DNA from: Parcubacteria group bacterium
Lineage (GTDB): Bacteria > Patescibacteriota > Minisyncoccia > Phycocordibacterales > Phycocordibacteraceae
NCBI GenBank assembly: GCA_028286545.1
Contig: JAQBRJ010000022.1
Span: forward strand, 1-53,783
Direction of reading: 5' to 3'
Length of the DNA: 53,783 nt
Shown: positions 27,518-36,877 of the stretch, piece by piece
Numbering within the stretch: the stretch's first letter is position 1
Layout: each line of letters begins with the position of its first letter
Translations under genes and position numbers: made by a program
The notes under the pieces: generated by a model
What the model was told of the DNA's origin: nothing
What the model saw: the letters and a program-made list of their open reading frames with translations, nothing else
Database searches by the model: none

Positions 27518-27602
27518 CGGAGGCGGAGAGATTCGAACTCTCGGAACCTTTCGGTTCACACGCTTTCCAAGCGTGCGCACTAGACCGCTATGCGACGCCT
27601 CC
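27518..27602 (-). tRNA. tRNA-Ser (anticodon GGA), no encoded CCA
   Basis: Acceptor GGAGGCG/CGCCTCC, anticodon loop TTGGAAA, long variable arm, T-loop TTCGAAT. Confidence 0.9.
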
Positions 27603-27623
27603 GTTACCAGTTGTTATAGCATA

Positions 27624-27666
27624 AAAGGGAAGCGGGAGCTCTGTTTTAGAGCTCCCGCTTCCCTTT
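27624..27666. terminator. strong hairpin terminator
   Basis: 18-bp perfect stem aaagggaagcgggagctc / gagctcccgcttcccttt with a 7-nt loop. Confidence 0.7.
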
Positions 27667-27677
27667 CTTTTACGAAT

Positions 27678-28574
27678 TTATGAACGACCAAGGAGTGCTT
27701 TAACTCGGTCAGCCGTCGGTGGATGCGTGGAGAAAAGACGGTTGATCCAGTCACCTGCTTTAGGACCATAGGGATCACCAATAAAGAGATGGGACGTTGC
27801 GTGACTTACCTTCAGCATCGGACGTCCATATCCACTTATCTTCTCAAGCGCTGTAGCTAAGCCTTCTGGGTAGCGAGTCAACAGTGCGCCCGAAGCATCG
27901 GCAAGGAATTCACGTCTGCGGGAAATAGCGAGCTGAATAAGCTGTGCTGCGATTGGTGCGAGGACAAGGGCGACAATACCGAGAATGAGTAAAAGTCCGC
28001 CTCCCTTGCTGTTATCATCCCTGCTTCCGCCACCCCAAAATGATACGCGCAAAAAAATATCAGCAATAATGGCGATAAAGCCTGCAAGCACTACAGCGAC
28101 AGTCATGAGGAGCATGTCGCGATTGCGAATGTGTGAGAGCTCGTGCGCAATAACTCCTTCAAGCTCAGGACGTGTCATCATCGATAGCAAACCCGTGGTC
28201 GCTGCCACAACCGCGTGCTTTTCATTGCGCCCAGTAGCAAAGGCATTCGGCGCGGGATCGTCGATTACATAGAGCTTTGGCATTTGAATGCCTGCGGTAA
28301 TAGCAAGGTTTTCTGTGACTGTATAGAAATCGAAGAATTCCTCGCGAGAAGCAGGGCGAGCATTGGTCATAGAAAGCACCTGTCGGTCGCTGAACCAATA
28401 GCTATATACGTTCATGAATACCGCAAATACTACGGCGACATAGAGAATGCCTGGGCTTTGGTAGTAATACGATACGAAATAACCGATTCCAACGACAATG
28501 GCGAGGAACACGGTCATCAGAAGTGCGGTGCGCCATACATTGCGAGAACGTTCTTGGTAGAGAGTAAGTGCCAT
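27678..28574 (-). CDS. htpX: M48-family zinc metalloprotease HtpX
   Basis: HELSHIRNRD zinc motif and 4 TM segments. Start taken at MALTLYQ (the track ORF extends to 28592). Confidence 0.85.
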   Translation of the reverse strand: MALTLYQERSRNVWRTALLMTVFLAIVVGIGYFVSYYYQSPGILYVAVVFAVFMNVYSYWFSDRQVLSMTNARPASREEFFDFYTVTENLAITAGIQMPKLYVIDDPAPNAFATGRNEKHAVVAATTGLLSMMTRPELEGVIAHELSHIRNRDMLLMTVAVVLAGFIAIIADIFLRVSFWGGGSRDDNSKGGGLLLILGIVALVLAPIAAQLIQLAISRRREFLADASGALLTRYPEGLATALEKISGYGRPMLKVSHATSHLFIGDPYGPKAGDWINRLFSTHPPTADRVKALLGRS

Positions 28575-28592
28575 AGGGTGTAAGTATATCAA

Positions 28593-28629
28593 AAAATCAG
28601 CCGGGCCCGTACGGGGCCCGGCTGATTTT
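28593..28629 (-). terminator. rho-independent terminator after lemA
   Basis: Stem aaaatcagccgggccc / gggcccggctgatttt. Confidence 0.7.
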
Positions 28630-28650
28630 AGAAACCTGTGTTTAGGAAGT

Positions 28651-29211
28651 TTAGAACGAAACCTTCACTGGCTCGCGTGCTGCAGAATCAGCATCTGAAA
28701 GTTCAAAGAGGTCCATCTTTGCGAAGTGGAACGAGTTTGCAATAACGTTGCCCGGGAATGACTGAATCGCTGTGTTGAGTGCCATAACATTGCTGTTGTA
28801 GAAGCGACGAGCAGCCTGAATCTTGTCTTCTGTGTTGCCAAGTTCTGCTTGGAGCTGAAGAAAGTTCTGGTTTGCTTTGAGGTCTGGGTACGCTTCTGCG
28901 ACGGCGAAGAGTGTCTTGAGAGTACCGGAAAGCTGGTTCTCAGCATCTGCCTTGCTAGCGGGAGTTCCTGCCTGCATTGCCTGTGAACGAGCCTTGGTGA
29001 CGTTCTCGAACGCAGCACTCTCGTGCGTTGCGTATCCTTTCACCGTTTCCACGAGGTTAGGAATAAGGTCATAGCGACGCTTGAGCTGTACGTCGATATC
29101 TGCCCATGCTTCCTTAGTGCGGTTTACTTTTGACACGAATCCGTTGTACATGAAGATAACGGCAAGGATGAGCACGACGATAATGGCGAGCACGATGTAA
29201 AGTGGTGTCAT
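28651..29211 (-). CDS. lemA: LemA-family protein
   Basis: N-terminal TM segment, then NGFVSKVNRTKEAWADIDVQLKRRYDLIPNLVETVKGYA..FYN, characteristic of LemA. It is paired with htpX, as is commonly seen. Confidence 0.85.
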   Translation of the reverse strand: MTPLYIVLAIIVVLILAVIFMYNGFVSKVNRTKEAWADIDVQLKRRYDLIPNLVETVKGYATHESAAFENVTKARSQAMQAGTPASKADAENQLSGTLKTLFAVAEAYPDLKANQNFLQLQAELGNTEDKIQAARRFYNSNVMALNTAIQSFPGNVIANSFHFAKMDLFELSDADSAAREPVKVSF

Positions 29212-29241
29212 ATAGATACAGTGTAGGACAATTGGAAGTAA

Positions 29242-29282
29242 AAACAAGACCGGCGCGCCTGTAAGGCGCGCCGGTCTTGTTT
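29242..29282 (-). terminator. rho-independent terminator after groEL
   Basis: 18-bp stem aaacaagaccggcgcgcc / ggcgcgccggtcttgttt. Confidence 0.7.
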
Positions 29283-29311
29283 AGAACAGGGAAGTGAACT
29301 CTCTTCTTTTC

Positions 29312-31308
<1,997 letters not shown>

Positions 31309-31564
31309 AGAAAATTAGCGTTCTTAAAGACGAATAAGTCAAACACTATTCTTCGCTTTCTGAGAGACGACTTCCCTGCAGAAAAGTTATCCACAGTATA
31401 GTTTTTGCTAGTTGCTCCGTCAATAATTTCACTGCCGAGCAATGGCAAGTACACTCTGGATCGCTCGCTGAAGTCGAGTGCGGCGTACCTGCGCCGCTAA
31501 GCAGTCTGTACTTTCTGCAAAGCTCTTAGCGCCCCACTTCTTCCCTTTGCTCAAACATATGTGT

Positions 31565-31593
31565 TTGACATATAATAAATAACGTGTTATACA
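31565..31593 (+). promoter_or_regulatory. near-consensus sigma70-type promoter for cassette 3
   Basis: TTGACA, 17 nt, TATACA. A GGGAGG SD at 31645..31650 lies 9 nt before the ATG. Confidence 0.45.
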
Positions 31594-31659
31594 TCTTTTA
31601 GAAATACCAACTGCCGCACGTTTGTTGAACTCCAACCTAGCGCTGGGAGGCGCATCGAA

Positions 31660-32112
31660 ATGTTGAAGATTATCGCAATTGCGACCGTCATTGGTGCCGG
31701 AATCGGCACCCCGATCTACCTGTCGCATCTTGCTTCGCATGACAGCAAGGTCGCGGAGCTTCGGGCGAAGTTCACGAATACGGTCGAGGAAGTCGAGAGG
31801 CAGAATTTCAACGACTGCCACCCCGCCTCGAACGAAGAGTTCACCGACTCCGAGAACGGACGGGTGATAATGGGAGAAAATCCCAACTGTCTGAAGCCTG
31901 GGGACGAAAACTTCTTCGGCGGCAAGCTGGGTCCGATTCTTCATGAGCGGGATCAGCTTTTCGCGAAGAAAGGCATCCGTTTCTTGGGACGATGGGATAC
32001 CGGGACCGGCCATATCGAGGGCTATGATCCCGATACCGGCGGCTGGTACCTGCCCACGAAGCTGTGCCGGCTCGATGATCTACCCGGCTGGATGAGGAGC
32101 ACCTTTTGCTGA
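31660..32112 (+). CDS. exported or anchored 4-Cys protein of unknown function (GC-rich cassette 3)
   Basis: 150 aa with a hydrophobic N-terminus MLKIIAIATVIGAGIGTPIYL and four Cys. One line counted at 36/60 G+C. The antisense track ORF 31429..32013 is discounted. Confidence 0.6.
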   Translation: MLKIIAIATVIGAGIGTPIYLSHLASHDSKVAELRAKFTNTVEEVERQNFNDCHPASNEEFTDSENGRVIMGENPNCLKPGDENFFGGKLGPILHERDQLFAKKGIRFLGRWDTGTGHIEGYDPDTGGWYLPTKLCRLDDLPGWMRSTFC

Positions 32113-32197
32113 AACACATGGAGCGCACGACCCTCGGGTACGGCGCTCCTTTACATTTATTGCAGATTGTCGCAACGCACTTGGTATAATTTCTATA

Positions 32198-32752
32198 ATG
32201 AGGATTATGATTATAGGGAGCACCGGAGCGGGAAAGACAGTCTTTACCGATAGATTAGGTAAGGCTCTTAACCGGGGCGTTATTCATCTTGATAATCTCT
32301 TTTGGAAAGAAGGTTGGGTTCGTGCTTTTACGGCACCACAATGGGATGAAAAAATAAGAGAATTGATTTCAAATGACGAATGGATTCTAGACGGAAATTA
32401 TCACAGAACCATGTCGCTAGTATTAGATAGAGCTGATACGGTTGTATTCTTCGATTTCCCTTCCCTTTGTAGTTTATTTGGTGCTTACAAACGTAAGTTT
32501 TTCCCACCAGTAATTTCTGCAGATACGGTGCCAAATCTTCATCAGCAAGCAGGGTTAAAGCAAATTCTTAAAGCAACGTTTACCTACCCAAGAAAGGATA
32601 TTTTACGTCAAATCAATAGTGATAGACGCAAATGCGTCTATATCGTGAAAAATAGAAAGGAGGCGGAACGAGCTTTTAAACAGATACTTGATATATTTCA
32701 GACTGATGCGCTTCCCTCTATTCCCGGTACGGCTGGTTCGGAACAAAATTAG
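32198..32752 (+). CDS. P-loop NTPase of the adenylate-kinase-like / topology-modulation-protein family
   Basis: Walker A GSTGAGKT at the N-terminus, followed by VIHLDNLFWKEGW, typical of that small kinase-like family. The gene is AT-rich. Confidence 0.6.
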   Translation: MRIMIIGSTGAGKTVFTDRLGKALNRGVIHLDNLFWKEGWVRAFTAPQWDEKIRELISNDEWILDGNYHRTMSLVLDRADTVVFFDFPSLCSLFGAYKRKFFPPVISADTVPNLHQQAGLKQILKATFTYPRKDILRQINSDRRKCVYIVKNRKEAERAFKQILDIFQTDALPSIPGTAGSEQN

Positions 32753-32817
32753 AGCCAACTATCGCAAAATACGCAGTTGATGACTGCGTATTCAACACTT
32801 TTCTCAATCTACGACGC

Positions 32818-34083
32818 TTACCCAACGCTCCTCTTTTCACCCTTCAGCAATGCCAATTCCTCCGATTGCGATTCCAAATCAGTCATGAGAGCACGACGTT
32901 TTTCAGCATAATGAGTAGCGTTGCTAAGCTGCTCTCTACTTTCCTCTATTCTTCTCGTACGGTCTTGAATTGAGGTAGTAAGCTCACGTTTCGTTTCTTC
33001 GTAGCCACCTTTCTTTCCTGAACCGATCTGAAAGAATTCTCGAGCCTTATCGTAGCGTTCACCGAACTTACGTGCCGCCTCGCTATAAGCAGCATCCTTT
33101 TCTGTAGCTTCTTCTTTTTTAGCAACTATCTCAAGTTTCTTTGCAGCTACTTCTTCCGCTTTCTTACTTTCTGTATAGCCAAAAAACTTAGTTGGCTTGT
33201 CGTTAATAGCCCGTAGGGCGTTTTCAAGTGTGCGTAGCTCCTCATTGGCCTTTACTGCAGGCTCATACGTTTTCTTTACCTCGGGATCTTCCATGACACC
33301 GATTCCTTCTAACATATCTTTATAAAGACTCGTTTGGGCTAGTCGTACCTTATCTTTATCAAGTGATTCTTGATCCCAAGTCATTCCTTCTCGTATTTTA
33401 TTCGGTAGGCCTTCGGGATCGTTATTCCACGTACTAATACCTTGTCCAAGGTGTTTGGTTCCCCACGCAGTATGCTCCTCCATACTTCTCTCAAGACTCT
33501 TTATTTTCTGCTCTACTGCATCGACCCTCTCCTTTCTCTCTTGAACTGCCTCTGGCAATTCAGAGCCTGGGTGCTGTATTAAAAATTCTCGAATAGTAAC
33601 GCTATTGTCTTCTTGCGCTTTCTCTACTGCTTGCTTAAGCTCATCGTCGTTCAGTCCGTCAGTATCCACCCCTAACTTCTTCAACGCTTCCTTTTGATTT
33701 CTCAACTCTGCTATGGAAGCAGTTACGTTTTCCTTTGACTGGGCATATCTTTCTTCATCGCTTCCCTCTTCTGGGTTCGCGACGATTTCCTTAAATGAAG
33801 GTAGCTGTTGGGTAGGATCTTCAGCCTGTATTTGCTCTATCAAGCCTTTGATATTCTTGAACTCGGCCTTACGTTTGCTTAAAACTTCTCTCGTATCATC
33901 TCTAGCGCCTTGAAGTGATCGTGTCGCTTCGTCCAAGCTGTGCTTGCGAGTATGTGCATCTAGGAAGTTTTCTTCTTCCTGCCTTGCTTTTTCTTGCTCT
34001 GATAGCACTACTTCTGCTTTGGCAGTCTCTTCCTGAGCTATTTTGCCACTTTTTATTCCCTCCAATGTACCTCGTAGTGCCAT
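32818..34083 (-). CDS. 421-aa Glu/Lys-rich coiled-coil protein
   Basis: Start taken at MALRGTLEGIK (the track ORF extends to 34194, across the neighbouring promoter). The sequence is charged and heptad-like throughout. No family recognised. Confidence 0.55.
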   Translation of the reverse strand: MALRGTLEGIKSGKIAQEETAKAEVVLSEQEKARQEEENFLDAHTRKHSLDEATRSLQGARDDTREVLSKRKAEFKNIKGLIEQIQAEDPTQQLPSFKEIVANPEEGSDEERYAQSKENVTASIAELRNQKEALKKLGVDTDGLNDDELKQAVEKAQEDNSVTIREFLIQHPGSELPEAVQERKERVDAVEQKIKSLERSMEEHTAWGTKHLGQGISTWNNDPEGLPNKIREGMTWDQESLDKDKVRLAQTSLYKDMLEGIGVMEDPEVKKTYEPAVKANEELRTLENALRAINDKPTKFFGYTESKKAEEVAAKKLEIVAKKEEATEKDAAYSEAARKFGERYDKAREFFQIGSGKKGGYEETKRELTTSIQDRTRRIEESREQLSNATHYAEKRRALMTDLESQSEELALLKGEKRSVG

Positions 34084-34187
34084 GGTTTTATAGTTAGGTA
34101 TTTCCTTTAGAGTACCGCTTGTCTGCGATATGTCAAAATAAAATAATGCAAAAAGTCTAGTAATAATCCTTTGCTCGTACGGATTGC

Positions 34188-34215
34188 TTGACACTATGTG
34201 ATAAATATGTATACT
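34188..34215 (+). promoter_or_regulatory. near-consensus sigma70-type promoter for cassette 4
   Basis: TTGACA, 16 nt, TATACT. SD GAAGGGAG lies 8 nt before ATG 34252. Confidence 0.45.
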
Positions 34216-34251
34216 GATATTGTTGAATGATCAACGAAGGGAGTGTTCGAC

Positions 34252-34671
34252 ATGACCCGTTTGTTTCTTTTGATTTCTGGTATCGCCCTCGTGTGCCTCG
34301 GCATCTACCTCGCATTCTTCTGCGTGGCCTGGATGTCGCCGGCCGCGATCGACGCGATGATGGCCTCGGGTGGCACCTGGCGAATGCTGATCGGCCTGGT
34401 GCTGATAACCGGCGCCGTTTACGTGGCGACCGTCGGCATCCGCAGCCGGAGCATACTTGTGCTCGGCGGCACGATTATCTTCGCCTTTTTCGAGGCCTCG
34501 AAGGGTGTCCCGCTCATCCAGAGCGGCAACTCGTTCACCTCTCTGAGCCCCGATGGCAATCCGGTTGTCGGCCTCGGTATCCTCAGCTTGCTGTTGATCG
34601 CGAGCGGCGTGCTCATGGTGGGGTTCGACGGCCGCCGTGCCTTCTTCACCACCAAGCGTGTCATCGCCTGA
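34252..34671 (+). CDS. 4-TM membrane protein of unknown function (GC-rich cassette 4)
   Basis: 139 aa with third codon positions almost all G/C. One line counted at 38/60 G+C. The overlapping track ORFs in other frames are discounted. Confidence 0.65.
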   Translation: MTRLFLLISGIALVCLGIYLAFFCVAWMSPAAIDAMMASGGTWRMLIGLVLITGAVYVATVGIRSRSILVLGGTIIFAFFEASKGVPLIQSGNSFTSLSPDGNPVVGLGILSLLLIASGVLMVGFDGRRAFFTTKRVIA

Positions 34672-34696
34672 CCGCAGGCCGCGACCCCCAACCTGT

Positions 34697-34725
34697 GCGC
34701 TCCGTCTCACTACGAGGCGGGGCGC
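34697..34725 (+). terminator. terminator of cassette 4
   Basis: 10-bp stem (two G-U pairs) gcgctccgtc / ggcggggcgc followed by ATTTTCTT. Confidence 0.5.
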
Positions 34726-34778
34726 ATTTTCTTATATATTGCCCGGGATTGGGGCCTATGGTAAAATGGCGGGTACAG

Positions 34779-35015
34779 ATGGAGAAACTCGCGGCAGCAT
34801 TGCCTTACATAGAAATAACGCTCTCCCTCCTCCTTATTATAGGTATCGTGCTCCAGCAGCGCGGTGCTTCTCTCGGAGGAGCCTTTGGAGGCGACAATTT
34901 CGCATCAACGTTCTATAAGCGCAGGGGCGCGGAGAAATTCCTTTTCACCGCGACTATCGTGATTGCGGTACTTTTCGTAATTGTTGCGATAGCCAACCTC
35001 CTTATCGTTACGTAA
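34779..35015 (+). CDS. secG: preprotein translocase subunit SecG
   Basis: 78 aa and two TM segments, with LQQRGASLGGAFGG between them, the usual SecG pattern. It is the 3' part of the spurious long track ORF 34227..35015. Confidence 0.75.
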   Translation: MEKLAAALPYIEITLSLLLIIGIVLQQRGASLGGAFGGDNFASTFYKRRGAEKFLFTATIVIAVLFVIVAIANLLIVT

Positions 35016-35063
35016 CCTAGGCATTGTTGCCGAGGTTCCATTTGTTCGTGCTTTGGCGGCAAC

Positions 35064-36806
35064 ATGGCCCAACACCCCTATCCTTTCACGCGTACGGAAG
35101 ATATAACTCGCAGGTTTCGCCTGCCGAGCTTTCCTCCTTTTGCTGGACTGAGTAGATTTGTGCGGTCATTGCCACCGAGCGACAAGTTCATTGTCCTTAT
35201 ATTAGGAATACTTATCGGTCTTGTGAGCGTCATGAGCCTCTTTGCGCTTATGCGACACTTTCAGATTATTGTTCCTGCTCATGGCGGAACACTTACAGAA
35301 GGTGTCGTCGGCGCACCTCGCTTTGTGAATCCCCTTCTTGCGACGTCAGACACTGATCGCGATTTGGTGGCACTCACGTATGCAGGACTTCTGGGACATG
35401 ATGCGTCAGGTGCACTTGTGCCAGTGCTTGCAGAGTCGTATACGGTTTCCGACGATGGCACGCTGTATACGTTTACGCTTCGCAGTAATGCAAAGTTCAG
35501 CGATGGTACACCGGTCACCAGTGACGACGTCGTATATACGGTCCAAAAGGCGCAGGATCCGGGACTTAAGTCACCCCTTCTTGCGAGCTGGGCAAATATC
35601 CGAGCAGAAGCTGTTGATGCACGCACCGTGCGCTTCACCCTTCCAAAGGCATATGCCCCGTTCCTTGAAGACACGACGCTTGGCATTCTGCCAAAGCATG
35701 TGTGGTCTGGCGTTACGAACGAAGAATTCCCTTTCTCTCCGTATACCGCAGACCCTATCGGCGCAGGACCGTTTACCGTGACAACCGTCACGCGCGATGG
35801 CAAAGGTGTTGTTACGGGTTACGACCTCGCGAGCTTTGCTGACTTCGCAACAGGTCGTCCGTACCTCGCAAACATCCGTTTGTCGTTCTTTGCAGATCAG
35901 GCCTCGCTCAAACAGGCATTAACTGGTGGCGTGGTGCAAAGTGCATACGGCGTTGCGGTAAAAGGCGCGCAAGTGGTGCCCTATGCTCGTGTCTTTGGAG
36001 TCTTCTTCAATCCGACTGAAGAACCATTGCTTGCTGACCTTGGCGTGCGCAAAGCACTCTCGCTTGCCATTGATCGTAATGCGCTCGTAAAGAATGTACT
36101 CGGTGGATATGCAACGGCAACGGCAGGGCCATTGCCGTCCGGAAGTGATGTTGCACCCGTATCCCTTCCCGACCCTGCCACGCACCTTGATGACGCAAAG
36201 GCTGCACTGATTGCAGCAGGTTGGAAATTCGATACAGCACAGGGTCTTTGGACAAATGCGAAGAGCGGCACGTCATTAAAGCTAACGCTTAAAACCTCGA
36301 ATGTACCAGAGCTCAAAGCAGTAGCAATGGAAGTGCAGAGCGATTGGCAGGCACTGGGTGTCCCGACGGAACTTCAGTTAAACGATCCGAATGAGCTTAC
36401 GCAGTCGGTCATTAGGCCGCGCGCCTACGGCGCGCTCCTCTTCGGAGAAGTCGTTGGCACGAATCCCGACCTCTATGCCTTCTGGGATAGTAGTGGCAAG
36501 GCAGATCCTGGCTTGAACATCGCAAACTACAGCAACACGACGGTGGACACACTGCTTCAGCAGGCGCGCGCAGAAGCTCAAGGTCCCGTGAAGCAAGCAA
36601 CGCTTGCTGACATTCAGACCCGCATTGCTGCCGACTACCCTGCTGCGTTCTTGTATACGCCAGACTTCGTGTACAGCGTGCCATCTGGCCTGCATGGCGT
36701 CGCGCTCACTCGCGTGAGCGCTCCCTCAGACCGTTTCTGGGACGCCAGCCATTGGTACTTGTATACTGAACATGTCTGGCCGTTCCTCTTGAAGAAATCT
36801 TCATAA
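35064..36806 (+). CDS. family-5 (peptide/nickel type) ABC-transporter substrate-binding protein, membrane anchored
   Basis: 580 aa with an N-terminal TM anchor. ...GVVGAPRFVNPLLATSDTDRDLVALTYAGLL..., YTFTLRSNAKFSDGTPVTSDDVVYT. No permease or ATPase genes are adjacent. Confidence 0.8.
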   Translation: MAQHPYPFTRTEDITRRFRLPSFPPFAGLSRFVRSLPPSDKFIVLILGILIGLVSVMSLFALMRHFQIIVPAHGGTLTEGVVGAPRFVNPLLATSDTDRDLVALTYAGLLGHDASGALVPVLAESYTVSDDGTLYTFTLRSNAKFSDGTPVTSDDVVYTVQKAQDPGLKSPLLASWANIRAEAVDARTVRFTLPKAYAPFLEDTTLGILPKHVWSGVTNEEFPFSPYTADPIGAGPFTVTTVTRDGKGVVTGYDLASFADFATGRPYLANIRLSFFADQASLKQALTGGVVQSAYGVAVKGAQVVPYARVFGVFFNPTEEPLLADLGVRKALSLAIDRNALVKNVLGGYATATAGPLPSGSDVAPVSLPDPATHLDDAKAALIAAGWKFDTAQGLWTNAKSGTSLKLTLKTSNVPELKAVAMEVQSDWQALGVPTELQLNDPNELTQSVIRPRAYGALLFGEVVGTNPDLYAFWDSSGKADPGLNIANYSNTTVDTLLQQARAEAQGPVKQATLADIQTRIAADYPAAFLYTPDFVYSVPSGLHGVALTRVSAPSDRFWDASHWYLYTEHVWPFLLKKSS

Positions 36807-36877
36807 CAATTTTAGTACGCACGAATTCGTGCATCTCAGTTAGAACTATTACTATCAATCATTAGCATTCAATCATT

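Noticed and set aside
31309-31430. CIRCE (HrcA operator) upstream of groES
   Set aside because: No TTAGCACTC-N9-GAGTGCTAA-like inverted repeat is present. Only a promoter-like TTGACG-17-TATACT is seen.
31429-32128. Minus-strand ORFs 31429..32013, 31716..31925 and 31841..32128, plus 31679..31867 (+)
   Set aside because: They are antisense or out of frame with the better-supported 31660..32112 ORF, which has a promoter, an SD and a signal-like N-terminus. Their compositions are Arg/Ser/Pro-rich.
34227-34778. The 5' two-thirds of the 262-aa ORF 34227..35015, plus minus-strand ORFs 34231..34710 and 34419..34691
   Set aside because: These are Arg-rich nonsense translations in GC-rich cassette 4. 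The real products are the 34252..34671 membrane protein and secG (34779..35015), which has its own promoter-like TTGCCC-17-TAAAAT.
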